Positions 1-10,595 of a DNA stretch of 64,000 nucleotides are shown here, piece after piece. The translations under genes and the position numbers were made by a program. Source of the stretch: Eubacterium sp. (GTDB lineage Bacteria; Bacillota; Clostridia; Lachnospirales; Lachnospiraceae); contig JAXEJU010000045.1 of the NCBI GenBank assembly GCA_034101395.1, positions 1,378-65,377 of the forward strand. Reading direction: 5' to 3'. Position 1 is the stretch's first letter. Every line of letters begins with the position of its first letter. A model generated the notes under the pieces. It ran no database searches. It was not told the origin of the DNA and saw only the letters and a program-made list of their open reading frames with translations.

Positions 1-1
1 G

Positions 2-646
2 GGAATCCGATTCAACCGGAAAGTGTCCATCGATGCGGCACTGCTCCAGTATATCAATTGTTTTGGTGCCGTCTTTAAACCGGTTCGTTTTATTCCGCGC
101 GAGGTGGCAAGAAAGGAAGCAAAGAAGGGAAAACTGACAGGATCCGTTATGATTTTTGTCGGGTTGTTTCTTCTGAGTGCTGTGCTTGCCGGACTTTCGA
201 TTTTCCAGGTACTGATGGCATCGGATGAAAGGGATCTGGCAAAAGCCAAACACGATTCACTTGCTCCTATCCAGAATGAGTACACGGAACAGATGCAGAT
301 TATGACAGATTATGATTTATATAAAGCAGTGGAAGCGGCAGTGGACACGAATGGCAATCATTTTCATGCCTTGATAAACAAGATTTCAAGCTTGTGTCCG
401 AGATCATTCAAAATCCAGAGTATTTCTGCAGATGAACAGAAAGTAACGATCAGCGCAGTGTCTGTTGACCGGCTTTCTTCCCTGTCTAAACTGCAGATGC
501 AGTTGAATACGATTGATGAGATTAAGAGTGTCAAAATCAACCAGATTTCAGAATCCAAAGATGTTCTCACGAAGAAGACCCAGTATGTGTATACTCTTGA
601 GTTCACATATGCAAATGCGGTTCTGACAGAAGAGGGGGTGCAGTGA
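2..646 (+). CDS. Type IV pilus assembly protein, PilN-like (probably the C-terminal part of a PilM-PilN fusion); 5'-truncated by the window edge
   Basis: Frame is open from nt 2 (GIRFNRKVSID...). TM helix, coiled coil and PilN-like tail (QYVYTLEFTY); lies directly before PilO-like and pilin genes. Confidence 0.65.
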   Translation, partial: GIRFNRKVSIDAALLQYINCFGAVFKPVRFIPREVARKEAKKGKLTGSVMIFVGLFLLSAVLAGLSIFQVLMASDERDLAKAKHDSLAPIQNEYTEQMQIMTDYDLYKAVEAAVDTNGNHFHALINKISSLCPRSFKIQSISADEQKVTISAVSVDRLSSLSKLQMQLNTIDEIKSVKINQISESKDVLTKKTQYVYTLEFTYANAVLTEEGVQ

Positions 647-647
647 T

Positions 648-1355
648 ATGTCTATGAATCAAAAACGTGCGGTGTTGATCATAGCCGGGCTGCTGATATT
701 GATCTGTACTTTTTTCTTCCTCTATCAGCCAAATACGGACAAAGTAATGGAAATTGAGAGGGAAACGGCACAGTATCATCGGCAGATTAATTATCTCAGT
801 ACGCTTCAGTTGAAAGTCAACGATATGAAACAGAAGACACCGGATTTACAGAAAGAAATGACTTCATATATGAAGAAATTTCCAAGCCGGATGACGCAGC
901 AGAAAGCGATTTATAATGTCTACCAGATGATGGTAAAAACGGGAATCCGTGTCAGTTCGATTAATCCCGGAGTTGAGCAGACCTTTTTAAATGCCGGGGC
1001 GGTTGTTGATACTGCGACTTCAAATACTACGGAAAATGCAACAGAGGGAGCGATAGAGCTGGATCCGGAAACAGAGGTTCCGGTTCACCAGATGGTTGGT
1101 AAAGTTACTCCATATGAGATTACAGTCAGTGGTACATTAAAGCAGATAGAAAAGGCATTGGACTGGATTTCCCAGAATAAGGAGCATATGTCAACCACAA
1201 ATATTTCGCTGACGTATGATACGAGTACGGGTAAACTCAGCGGTACGATTACAGTTAATTATTTTGCGATGAATGGCAATGGTGTTCCGTATAAGGATCC
1301 GGATATACAGGGAATTATGATTGGATCTAAAAATATATTCGGAACTGTGAAATAG
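648..1355 (+). CDS. Type IV pilus assembly protein, PilO-like
   Basis: N-terminal TM helix and coiled coil; YEITVSGT...ISLTYD...LSGTITVNYF pattern; position after the PilN-like gene. Confidence 0.65.
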   Translation: MSMNQKRAVLIIAGLLILICTFFFLYQPNTDKVMEIERETAQYHRQINYLSTLQLKVNDMKQKTPDLQKEMTSYMKKFPSRMTQQKAIYNVYQMMVKTGIRVSSINPGVEQTFLNAGAVVDTATSNTTENATEGAIELDPETEVPVHQMVGKVTPYEITVSGTLKQIEKALDWISQNKEHMSTTNISLTYDTSTGKLSGTITVNYFAMNGNGVPYKDPDIQGIMIGSKNIFGTVK

Positions 1356-1394
1356 CTGTTAAAACTATCATTTCAGGAGAGAGGAGGAAATCAG

Positions 1395-2525
1395 ATGAGA
1401 AAGTTACTGCATATGAGTGAACCGGAAAGAACGCACAACTATCAGATGCAGGATGGATTTTCACTGGTAGAAGTCATTATTGCGGTGACGCTACTGGCAA
1501 TTCTGACACTTCCGATTCTTGCCTATTTTACCAATGCGTCTGTTTCTACATCAAAAGGGGAAAATACCCAGCGCGCAAATCTTGCCGGAAAAACGGTGAT
1601 GGAAAAACTGAATTCCATAGGAAGTTTTGAAAATTTTGAAGCATATGCGGGTGCAGCATCTGGCGCTTCTATGGAAGTGGTTTCTGGCACAGATAAAACT
1701 GTTGTAAAACAGGATGTGTCCCTTGATGGATTTTCCTATCATGTGGTGGCAGATGTGGATTATAGTAAGTATGCGACTGTGAAAACAGGATCTTTCAATG
1801 ATTATGCGGTTCCACAATTGAAAGAGGTCTACTCGGTAAATAATGCTGTCTTTGTGGAGACGGATCAGGCAGATACAGCATTAAGTGAATTTTTTTGTGA
1901 AAATCCCACTACCGGCAAATCAGATATTGTAAAAGACATGACTAGGACTTTGAACCTGGAAGTGGTTGCTACGAAAGATTTATCAAGAGATATTTTCTGG
2001 ATAAAGGCTTATTTACAATATGAGTACAAAGGAAAAACAAAATCAGTGTCCATTGGTAATAAGAAGATAGAGCGTGATAAACTGGAAAATATATATATTT
2101 TTTATAAGCTTCTTAACTCGAAGTCTGTTGAAAATGCCAAAGTGTCTTTTGTGACGGACGCATCTGTCAGTGAGTCGGTAACACCTGTTTCTTCATCCGA
2201 AATAGAAAATGTAAAAATTAATTATGTCCTTCAGAATTTACCTTCAATAGTTGGAAGAAGTATTTCAAAACGCCCGGCAGATTATAAACTGAATGTGACC
2301 AGGGGGTTGGCACAGGATGCAGGATTTGGCTATGCAAAATATTTTTGTAACGGATTTGTCTTGTCAGGTGGGGTGTCTGCTTACACTCCATCCCTTGTTA
2401 CGACAGATACAGATGCAAAACGGATTGCAAAAATAACAGTGCATGTGTATGAATACAAAGAAGGTTCTTCTTACCCCGAGAGTGATTGTCTTGTGGAATT
2501 AGAATCCTCAAAGGGAGCCAGATAA
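1395..2525 (+). CDS. Prepilin-type minor pilin (PilV-like)
   Basis: Class III signal G|FSLVEVIIAVTLLAIL with Glu at +5; RBS GGAGG. Confidence 0.85.
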   Translation: MRKLLHMSEPERTHNYQMQDGFSLVEVIIAVTLLAILTLPILAYFTNASVSTSKGENTQRANLAGKTVMEKLNSIGSFENFEAYAGAASGASMEVVSGTDKTVVKQDVSLDGFSYHVVADVDYSKYATVKTGSFNDYAVPQLKEVYSVNNAVFVETDQADTALSEFFCENPTTGKSDIVKDMTRTLNLEVVATKDLSRDIFWIKAYLQYEYKGKTKSVSIGNKKIERDKLENIYIFYKLLNSKSVENAKVSFVTDASVSESVTPVSSSEIENVKINYVLQNLPSIVGRSISKRPADYKLNVTRGLAQDAGFGYAKYFCNGFVLSGGVSAYTPSLVTTDTDAKRIAKITVHVYEYKEGSSYPESDCLVELESSKGAR

Positions 2526-2560
2526 GAATAAAAGAAGCAGATGGAAAGGAGAGTGTCGCA

Positions 2561-5029
2561 ATGAGAATATTTCGAAAAACAAAAGAAATGTGTCAATGGA
2601 ATCATGCAAGAGAAGGTTCTTCTATGATTACTGTAGTTATTGGAGTAGCTTTCCTTCTTTCAATTGGATTGATTATTCTTTCTGTATCTACAAAATATGT
2701 GACTTCTGTGTATGTGGATCGAAATTCTACCGATAATTTTTATCAGACTGAAGGTATTTTAGAGGAAGTTAAAACAGGACTTTTACAATATGCAAGTCAG
2801 TCTGCGGACGAGGCGTACCGGTACATATTGAATCATTATTTGGATGCTACAACAGAAAATAAAAAAACACAGTTTTCGAAAATGTATATTGAACTGCTGA
2901 AAAAGCGGTTAAATAATGAAAATGTTGTATCACCGGATACGGATGATGAAACGTTTGGCAAATATTTTACCGTGAATTTATCTCCGGATGGTAGCGATCT
3001 GGCATCGGCACAGCAGAGATTTTTTGATAAGTTTGATGAAAATAATGTTGTGGATTCTGATTCTATCGTGACTTATCTGGGGGATAATGACGAAAAATTA
3101 AAAGCAGTAACTACGTTATCTACAAAACCTGATGCGGTAAGCAGGCAGGACACTTCTCATGGATATGGCTACGTAATAAGAAAAGATAGTGAGAGAGGAT
3201 ATTCTCTTACTTTAAAGAACTTGCTGATTTCATATACAGATGCGGGCGATTACCATTCTACAATCGAAACAGATATCGTAATCCGTGTACCAGATTTTAA
3301 ATTTGAGGGCGATTCTACTCTTGATCAGCTAAAAAATTATGTCTCGATTTCGGATGATATTTTAATGATTGGCAGTGTCGGTAATGAAGAAACTGCCAGT
3401 AAGATTACCGGAAATGTCTATGCCGGTGTGACTTCAGACAGTCTTCATGAGGATCAGGGAATCCGGATATGCCAAGGCTCAAGTGTAAAGTTCAACAGCC
3501 AGAAAATCATTAGCCGTGGTAGTTTTGATGTGCAACCGGGAGCATTTGTAGATATTACGGGTGAGTCTGGTGTCAGTGACCTCTGGCTGAATAACATTCG
3601 CCTGACCTATGATGGAGGAAATGCAGAAAGCATGAAAGGTGCCACGTCTCTTTCAATCCATGCAAATTCCTATATTGCCAATGATCTGGATATATCTACA
3701 GACAATACAACCGTTTCTTTGACGGGAAAATACTATGGTTATAGTTACAGCCGGAATAATAGTACTTCGGATGAGCAGAATCCCGACTACAGTTCAGCAA
3801 TATTGATTAATGGTAAAAACACAACATTAAAAGCGGAGAACAAGGAAGGAGCAGTACGAAGTCTTGATAAACTGATTCTTGCCGGTCATACTTTTGTATC
3901 CAAAGGAAAAAAGGACACAGATTCAAGTGTTCTTATGGGTGAGTCTCTTGCGGTGAAAAGTGACCAGCTGGCATATCTTGTTCCGGATGAATATATCCGG
4001 ATTGATTCGGCTTTGGCAAGTTCTTCTGCCAAACTGGAAGGCCATAATCCTGTTGCTGAAACAGAAAAGGTTTCTATCGATGTGGATGGTCTCAAAAGTT
4101 CTACAGTAAATGGTGTCACGCTGGGTAGTCTTTTGAATGAGTCGAAACCGTATCTGGAAAATCACAGCCAGACGGGAGGATATGTATTCTATTACTTGAA
4201 TTTTAAGGATGCAGTAAGTGCCAATAAGTATTTCCGAAACTTTTACTCCGATACTTCCGGTGTTGATGAGGATGGAAATAGTTATACCAATCAGCAGCAG
4301 ATGGCAGAACGTTCTAAGGTGTATATTTCTGGCGAGAACTGTGATGGATTGAAAATTGATCCGGCTTTTTATCTGATTGCAGGAAATATTGTGAAAAATT
4401 ATAGCAGTGTCAATGAAACACTGGAAAGTAATTATTTTGATGCATCGGGAAGTCCTGGTAGTCAGATGCTTCAGGATGGAATTAAGCAGGGATGTCAGTA
4501 TGTGGGACTCCAGAAAACTCTTTTAGAATCCGGTAGCACAGGATCAATGCGTATGAGTGATGCCGATAAAAACTCAAAACTTGTGGCACACCGCATTGTG
4601 GATGGCAGTGTTCTTTCGAATGTTGCAGGTTCATTGGGATTGGATGCAGATGGTATTGCCAGAATTGATGTTCCGGCCAAGTATTCTGCGGGAGAAACCG
4701 GAGTGAAAATTCAGATGGTTCCGGGGAGGAGTTCAGAGAAAACTGTTACGGCTATTGAAAATGGTCTTGTCATTGCTGGAGAAAATGTGACAGTGAATGT
4801 ACCTGCGAATTTTAAAGGGCTGATTCTTTCATGTGGAAAGGTATCTGTTGGTCTTACACCGGTAAAAATGAATGCTGACATGGTAATGGTGGAACAGATT
4901 TTTGAGTACATAAAGACAAGAAGTGATTTATCAGGTATTTTTTATGGATTAAATGGAACGCTTTCTGATAATCCAACAGATATTTCGGAATGTGTTTCTT
5001 ACGAAAATTGGAAAAAGAATGAACTGTAG
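2561..5029 (+). CDS. Large PilX-like minor pilin
   Basis: EG|SSMITVVIGVAFLLSIG lacks Glu+5, as PilX/GspK-type pilins do; FYQTEGILEEV helix; C-terminal YENWKKN; start placed at ATG 2561 after AAGGAG. Confidence 0.7.
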   Translation: MRIFRKTKEMCQWNHAREGSSMITVVIGVAFLLSIGLIILSVSTKYVTSVYVDRNSTDNFYQTEGILEEVKTGLLQYASQSADEAYRYILNHYLDATTENKKTQFSKMYIELLKKRLNNENVVSPDTDDETFGKYFTVNLSPDGSDLASAQQRFFDKFDENNVVDSDSIVTYLGDNDEKLKAVTTLSTKPDAVSRQDTSHGYGYVIRKDSERGYSLTLKNLLISYTDAGDYHSTIETDIVIRVPDFKFEGDSTLDQLKNYVSISDDILMIGSVGNEETASKITGNVYAGVTSDSLHEDQGIRICQGSSVKFNSQKIISRGSFDVQPGAFVDITGESGVSDLWLNNIRLTYDGGNAESMKGATSLSIHANSYIANDLDISTDNTTVSLTGKYYGYSYSRNNSTSDEQNPDYSSAILINGKNTTLKAENKEGAVRSLDKLILAGHTFVSKGKKDTDSSVLMGESLAVKSDQLAYLVPDEYIRIDSALASSSAKLEGHNPVAETEKVSIDVDGLKSSTVNGVTLGSLLNESKPYLENHSQTGGYVFYYLNFKDAVSANKYFRNFYSDTSGVDEDGNSYTNQQQMAERSKVYISGENCDGLKIDPAFYLIAGNIVKNYSSVNETLESNYFDASGSPGSQMLQDGIKQGCQYVGLQKTLLESGSTGSMRMSDADKNSKLVAHRIVDGSVLSNVAGSLGLDADGIARIDVPAKYSAGETGVKIQMVPGRSSEKTVTAIENGLVIAGENVTVNVPANFKGLILSCGKVSVGLTPVKMNADMVMVEQIFEYIKTRSDLSGIFYGLNGTLSDNPTDISECVSYENWKKNEL

Positions 5030-5044
5030 AGGGGGGGTACACCA

Positions 5045-5623
5045 GTGAGTGTTTTTTTTCGAAAAATGAATAAAGAAAAACTCATGAGTGAAGGCTTTTC
5101 CCTTGTGGAACTGATAATTGTAATGGCTATTATGGCGGTTCTTGTGGGTGGAACAGCACTAGGAATCAGCTTCCTATATGCGACGGATGCAAAGGAAGTT
5201 GCATATGAGATTAACAGTGGACTGACGGATTTAAAATCCCGCAACATGGCGGGGAGCAGTGCGGTCTATTTGCATATCAATAAGTATAATGGATCTTATT
5301 ATCTGACTTACACAGATTCGGCTTCGTTTACTCCTGATGGCTCTGGGAAAGAATTATGCGGAGATAATTTTTCTTTTAAGACAACATATAACATACGCAA
5401 AGCCAGTGACGATACGGATCAGGGAACAGAAGACAGGACGCTTTCTGATAAAGAGGATATCTGCATCGGTGTATTGAAGAAAGACGGATCTTTTTTGTAT
5501 CAGAACTCGGGTTCTGATCAGAAAAAGGCACCTTGTGTGATTCAGATTATTTATGATAATGAAACGAAATATACAGTTTATTTGGTAACCGATACAGGGA
5601 AACATTATGTGGAAGTAAATTAA
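5045..5623 (+). CDS. Prepilin-type pilin (FimT/GspH-like)
   Basis: G|FSLVELIIVMAIMAVL; GTG start after a G-rich RBS. Confidence 0.85.
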   Translation: MSVFFRKMNKEKLMSEGFSLVELIIVMAIMAVLVGGTALGISFLYATDAKEVAYEINSGLTDLKSRNMAGSSAVYLHINKYNGSYYLTYTDSASFTPDGSGKELCGDNFSFKTTYNIRKASDDTDQGTEDRTLSDKEDICIGVLKKDGSFLYQNSGSDQKKAPCVIQIIYDNETKYTVYLVTDTGKHYVEVN

Positions 5624-5659
5624 CGAAGTAATCCGTTGCAGGGGAAGGTGGTGTGTGAT

Positions 5660-6256
5660 ATGCTGTTGCAAAGGATAAATAATATGCGAAAAAAAATTTT
5701 AAAATCTGACAGAGAAGGATATTCACTTGTGGAACTTTTGATTGCCATGGCGATAACCGGTGTCGTTTTAGCAGGGCTTGTATTTATCCTTACTTATTCC
5801 GTTCACAATTCCAGTCTTACTCAGGCTAAGGTTGAAATGCAGGATGAAGCCAAAGATGTGATGAATCATATTACAAACCACATTATGGAAGGAAATCATG
5901 TGGATATAAGTGTGGAAGGGCTTTTGAAAGTACAGGTGGATGAGGAAAGTGCCTCGTTGCCTGGGGGAACTAGCTCTCAGATAAAGGTTAAGAAAAAAGA
6001 TATGTATTATTGTTATCTGAAAAATGGAAATCTGTATTTTAAGAACGTATCAGGTGGTGATACTTCTATAGAAGCAAATTCCCGATTTCTTCTTGCAGAA
6101 GATGTAGAGAGCTTTACCTCGGAACTGGTAAACGGAGATGACAGGGTGATTCGCGTTGAAGTAAAATTAAAAAATGATAATTCTGAATTTGTCTGCAAAC
6201 AGGATGTGCACATTCGTAATACATGTAAGGGAGGCGGTAAGCATGTTAATTTGTAA
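5660..6256 (+). CDS. Prepilin-type minor pilin (PilW-like)
   Basis: G|YSLVELLIAMAITGVV; C-terminal LLAEDVESF...VHIRN; start chosen after GAAGGTGG. Confidence 0.8.
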   Translation: MLLQRINNMRKKILKSDREGYSLVELLIAMAITGVVLAGLVFILTYSVHNSSLTQAKVEMQDEAKDVMNHITNHIMEGNHVDISVEGLLKVQVDEESASLPGGTSSQIKVKKKDMYYCYLKNGNLYFKNVSGGDTSIEANSRFLLAEDVESFTSELVNGDDRVIRVEVKLKNDNSEFVCKQDVHIRNTCKGGGKHVNL

Positions 6257-9200
6257 CTGGTTTCGTAAAAACAGATGGGTAAAGTATGTCACAGGAACAT
6301 TTCTTTTGACAGTTGTCTGTACAGGAGTCTTTTTTGTTGCAGTAACGATGAGAACTTTAGCGGAAGAAGATGAAAATGCATATGGTTATGTTGACTTATC
6401 GGATGTCAATAATCTTCCTGTTACAGAGAATAGGGTAAAAGTGACATCAGAAGGTGGAAACCAGAAGGATAGTGAAGGAAGTGGGATTTCACCTTTAGCT
6501 CGTGATTCGGCACTTCCGGATAGTATTCCGGATATTCCGCCTGCAGTTGGTAAAAAAGGAAAAGAGACAAATCCTTTTGTCATTCTTGAAATCGTGCCGG
6601 AACATGAGCAGCAGCAGATGATATATCTGAATCCCAGCAGTAAGGATTATCCGTTAGATATTTTGAAAATCAGTATTGATGCTGCGAAGAATAAAGGTGC
6701 GCGGATTGGCTCCCAAAATATGACTAATTATGATGATATTAAAAATTTTGGACACTGGTTTTATGACTATAATTATTCAATTTATAAATATGGCGATTCG
6801 GAAGAAAAAACGTCTACGAAATTTGTAAAAGCGGATAAGCTGTTTTCTCTGAAACTTTCCGATGAAGATATTAACAATGCAAAGTATTCTGTTTCTGAAT
6901 TTAAGTCTGTTTTTAATAATGGAAACGTGAAGATATCCGCTTTAATAAAAGAATTTCCGGAATTAAAATTAAAGGAAAAACTGTCGGATTCTATTGCGAA
7001 TCTTTTGTCTAAAAGTGAATATAAGTTGAATGATGTATTGGAAGATAAGTATAATTGGGAAATAAATTCTTCCAGTTCTGCTCATGTGATTGAGACACTC
7101 CGGATTGCATCGAAAGACGACGATTTATCAATGATTAAATTAAAAGAAAAATATCCTGACATTTTTAAAAATGATGTAGATGGGGATGCTGTTTCGGATA
7201 CTGAACTGGCAGATCAGGATAACTGGTCACGTAGCAAATCAGACCAATGGACATCTTATACAGTTACTTCGGATGAGTATGCCATCGAAGAAGATATCTC
7301 GAATATGAAAATGAGTGATATTATAAATAAATATCCATCTCTATTTAAAAAAGATGATAACGGGAATGAAATTGTATCTTCTGCGCTTGAAAATGCGGAT
7401 GATAAATGGAAGAAAGAGAAGGAAGATGCAAAAAATCATTATGATTCAAGTTCAACCGGTTATATGGTTAATGTAGGTGCAGGTAAAGGGGATTATTATA
7501 CAGGAAATGTAAACGGAAATCAGTGTGTTGAATTTGAAGATGGAGGTTCTGAAAAAAATCAGTGGATTTACACGACAGAAAAACCATCAGGTGATGAGTA
7601 TCGTGCCTTAAAGGACCGAGATGATTTTTATACTATATTGAATAATGGTTCTTATCTGACGGATGAAAGTCTTATTGGTGGATATCTGAGTGTAAAAGAT
7701 TTTCAAAATGGATGGAATCTTCATTATAATAAATATAAGTTTACATTTAACAACAATATAACAAAATATAGTTATTCTTATAACAAAAACGTATACAAGA
7801 TTGGCTATTATGGTCTGAAAGCTACCGATATCATAAAACGCTCTCTGTTTACTTTTGGTTCAGAAGAAAAGTACGATGAGTTCAATCTAAAAGTAGTTGC
7901 TATGACACCATCGGAACTGAATCAGGCGTGCAAGGGTGATACGGAGGAAACATTGGATTGGATTGAAAGAGCGGATATGTTTTATATAGCTTCTTATGCC
8001 AGCAATACAAATGGCATAGATAATGTATATAATATGTACAACCGTTATGTATTAAACAAGAAAGATTATACTTATAATTCATCTACCCAGAAGATAAAAA
8101 CATTCGATACCAATGATCTTGAATGGGATTTGATATATAAGATTTTATATCGTGGTACCCAAAATGAGAATTTACCAATTTTGTTCAACCAGAATGTCGG
8201 TCAGCCTTTGGAAAATGGCCTTCCTGGCAACGAGAAGATATATTCCTATCTGACGGAAGCAGTTCCTTGCCATGTATCCTCCAAAGGAACATACAATAAT
8301 ATGGCAAAATTATATCTTATTTCGATTCAGATGAACTTGCTTGCAAAAAAATCAAAAGGATATGAGAGAACTTTTGCGGATGACATTCTTCCTACATTCA
8401 GGACCGTTACATTTACAGATAAAGCGAAGGATGGTCATGACAAAAATAGTGCCATGACAACGGGATATTATCCACGAACATATGCCGTATTCCCTCCAGA
8501 GGAAACAGGCAAAAAAATAGAGGAAAGAGAATCTGCAAGATATCTATGGAATACGTGGACATTTTATCCGGCAAATGTACCGATTAAGCCGGACGGATTA
8601 GAGACGAATAAAGACGATTACGATATGTATGCAGAGAATGGTTATCTTTTGACCTATTTTAATACGAATGCAGATCCGTTCCGTGATGGAGGAAGCGCAA
8701 TCCACCAAGGTAGCGGAGATGGCGAAGACGGTAGTAATGTCGGTATGGTTCATAAGGGTGTTACAGATACTAACTTTTCTACTATTATTGGTTCCGATGC
8801 TGCTGAGTCTTCCGGTGTTGTGAATAGAACTATGAATACAGCTTACCTGATTATGAATCGAAAGGCAGTTACTGCCAGGGCATTGAAATTCAAGGTAAAT
8901 CAATATCGGAAAATGTATGTTAAGATTTCAGATGATTTGGTTCTTGTTGATTATGCATCGGATGGTTCATATGACAGTCAGGAAGATAAGTATATTTATC
9001 TGAAAGCGACTATCACCAATGAAAATAATGAGATAGGAGTATTGAAATCTGTCAAAATAGAGAAGGATAAGGATAATGTCCTGGATTCATCCCACGTGAA
9101 AATTCTTTCAAGTGACAGAAGTACAGAATTAAAATTTGAGGATGAAGTATTTAATGTAAACAAAAAAGATCCATTATATGGTGAAAAAATAGATATAAAA

Positions 9201-9398
9201 GGAGGTTCTTTGACTCTGTTCGTAAGATATCCATTAAAGAAATGGCAAAAAGGGTATCGAACAATAAGATTTGAGACGCAGGGACGCAGCTATGTTCAAA
9301 AAAATATTAATGGTGTTACTCAAAAACAGCCGACGGAGATAATACAAAAAACATATGATGTTTTTGTGTCCGAACGAACTTTGTTCGCATTAGAATAA
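6243..9398 (+). CDS. Large secreted pilus-associated protein (DUF5057-like; candidate tip adhesin)
   Basis: N-terminal signal/TM segment; NPFVILEIVP and VVAMTPSELN...ADMFYI segments that I recall from DUF5057 proteins; overlaps the last pilin gene. Confidence 0.5.
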   Translation: MLICNWFRKNRWVKYVTGTFLLTVVCTGVFFVAVTMRTLAEEDENAYGYVDLSDVNNLPVTENRVKVTSEGGNQKDSEGSGISPLARDSALPDSIPDIPPAVGKKGKETNPFVILEIVPEHEQQQMIYLNPSSKDYPLDILKISIDAAKNKGARIGSQNMTNYDDIKNFGHWFYDYNYSIYKYGDSEEKTSTKFVKADKLFSLKLSDEDINNAKYSVSEFKSVFNNGNVKISALIKEFPELKLKEKLSDSIANLLSKSEYKLNDVLEDKYNWEINSSSSAHVIETLRIASKDDDLSMIKLKEKYPDIFKNDVDGDAVSDTELADQDNWSRSKSDQWTSYTVTSDEYAIEEDISNMKMSDIINKYPSLFKKDDNGNEIVSSALENADDKWKKEKEDAKNHYDSSSTGYMVNVGAGKGDYYTGNVNGNQCVEFEDGGSEKNQWIYTTEKPSGDEYRALKDRDDFYTILNNGSYLTDESLIGGYLSVKDFQNGWNLHYNKYKFTFNNNITKYSYSYNKNVYKIGYYGLKATDIIKRSLFTFGSEEKYDEFNLKVVAMTPSELNQACKGDTEETLDWIERADMFYIASYASNTNGIDNVYNMYNRYVLNKKDYTYNSSTQKIKTFDTNDLEWDLIYKILYRGTQNENLPILFNQNVGQPLENGLPGNEKIYSYLTEAVPCHVSSKGTYNNMAKLYLISIQMNLLAKKSKGYERTFADDILPTFRTVTFTDKAKDGHDKNSAMTTGYYPRTYAVFPPEETGKKIEERESARYLWNTWTFYPANVPIKPDGLETNKDDYDMYAENGYLLTYFNTNADPFRDGGSAIHQGSGDGEDGSNVGMVHKGVTDTNFSTIIGSDAAESSGVVNRTMNTAYLIMNRKAVTARALKFKVNQYRKMYVKISDDLVLVDYASDGSYDSQEDKYIYLKATITNENNEIGVLKSVKIEKDKDNVLDSSHVKILSSDRSTELKFEDEVFNVNKKDPLYGEKIDIKGGSLTLFVRYPLKKWQKGYRTIRFETQGRSYVQKNINGVTQKQPTEIIQKTYDVFVSERTLFALE

Positions 9399-9465
9399 TA
9401 TGATACCAAGGGCAAATGGTTTTGAACCGAACGTCGTATCATGGCATAGAAAGAGGGAACTATGT

Positions 9466-10236
9466 ATGGCAAATATCAGCGAAATAAAACTCCAATTTGA
9501 GAAGACGGAAAAAGGAAAATGGAATACTCTGTTTTCTCTATATCAGGAGGACCAAAGGATGGGAGTGAAAAAGCTGATACAACAGTACAGACGAAAATTA
9601 GAAAAATATGAAAATGAAATGCTTCGTTTGGATCGTATGCTTGAATTTGAGCGAAAATATGGTGATACATATACCTGTATTTGTGGTATTGATGAGGCAG
9701 GCCGTGGACCATTTGCCGGTCCGGTAGTTGCAGGAGCTGTAGTTCTTCCGCCCGGGTTGAAAATTGAGGGATTAAATGACTCAAAACAGGTCAGTAAATC
9801 AAACAGAGAGAGATTGTTTGATGAAATAATGGAAAAGGCTGTAAGTGTAGGAGTAGGTATGAGTTCGCCGGCCCGTATTGATGAAATAAATATTTTGCAG
9901 GCGACCTATGAGGCAATGCAGCATGCAGTGGAAGATTTGCAGGTTGTTCCGGATTTGCTTTTAAATGATGCAGTTACGATTCCGCAGATACCGATTAAAC
10001 AGGTTGGCATTGTGAAAGGGGACGCAAGAAGCCTTTCCATTGCAGCGGCATCGATTATCGCAAAGGTGACAAGGGACCGGTTGATGGTGGAATATGCTTC
10101 CCTCTATCCGGAATATGGTTTCGAAAAAAATAAAGGATATGGCTCCGCAGAGCACAGAGAAGCATTGCAAAAATATGGGCCGTGTCCGATTCACAGAAAT
10201 ACATTTATACACAACTGGGTAAAAAAAGCGCTGTGA
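9466..10236 (+). CDS. rnhB: Ribonuclease HII
   Basis: GIDEAGRGP, LNDSK, KGDARSLSIAAASIIAKV, KGYG. Confidence 0.97.
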   Translation: MANISEIKLQFEKTEKGKWNTLFSLYQEDQRMGVKKLIQQYRRKLEKYENEMLRLDRMLEFERKYGDTYTCICGIDEAGRGPFAGPVVAGAVVLPPGLKIEGLNDSKQVSKSNRERLFDEIMEKAVSVGVGMSSPARIDEINILQATYEAMQHAVEDLQVVPDLLLNDAVTIPQIPIKQVGIVKGDARSLSIAAASIIAKVTRDRLMVEYASLYPEYGFEKNKGYGSAEHREALQKYGPCPIHRNTFIHNWVKKAL

Positions 10237-10282
10237 GAAACCAGTGCTCCAGCTTTTCAAAAACAGGACAGAGGGTGAGCAT

Positions 10283-10567
10283 ATGGCAAAAAAGGAAGAC
10301 AAAAAAACGGCTGTCGCACTGGAATACACGGCGGGAGATAAAGCACCAAAAGTAATTGCTACCGGTCAGGGATATCTGGCAGAAAAAATCGTGGATGTGG
10401 CAAGAGAAGCGGATGTGCCGATTCACAAAGATGAAAAGCTTGCGAGGTCTTTGTCCGTGCTGGATATCGGTGAATATATTCCACCGGAACTCTATTCGAT
10501 TGTGGCGGAGATTCTTGTGTATGTCGATTCCATGGAGCGGATTCAGAGTAAGATTTCAAAAGACTGA
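10283..10567 (+). CDS. FlhB C-terminal-like protein (YlqH-type)
   Basis: AVALEY...APKVIATG.G..AEKI...IPPELY..VAEIL. Confidence 0.9.
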   Translation: MAKKEDKKTAVALEYTAGDKAPKVIATGQGYLAEKIVDVAREADVPIHKDEKLARSLSVLDIGEYIPPELYSIVAEILVYVDSMERIQSKISKD

Positions 10568-10595
10568 GTATAAATATATAACAGGGGTGGGGAAT

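Noticed and set aside
9399-9445. GGCAAA-containing hairpin after the pilus cluster as a c-di-GMP-I riboswitch
   Set aside because: No GNRA tetraloop or second stem, and it lies 3' of the pilus genes
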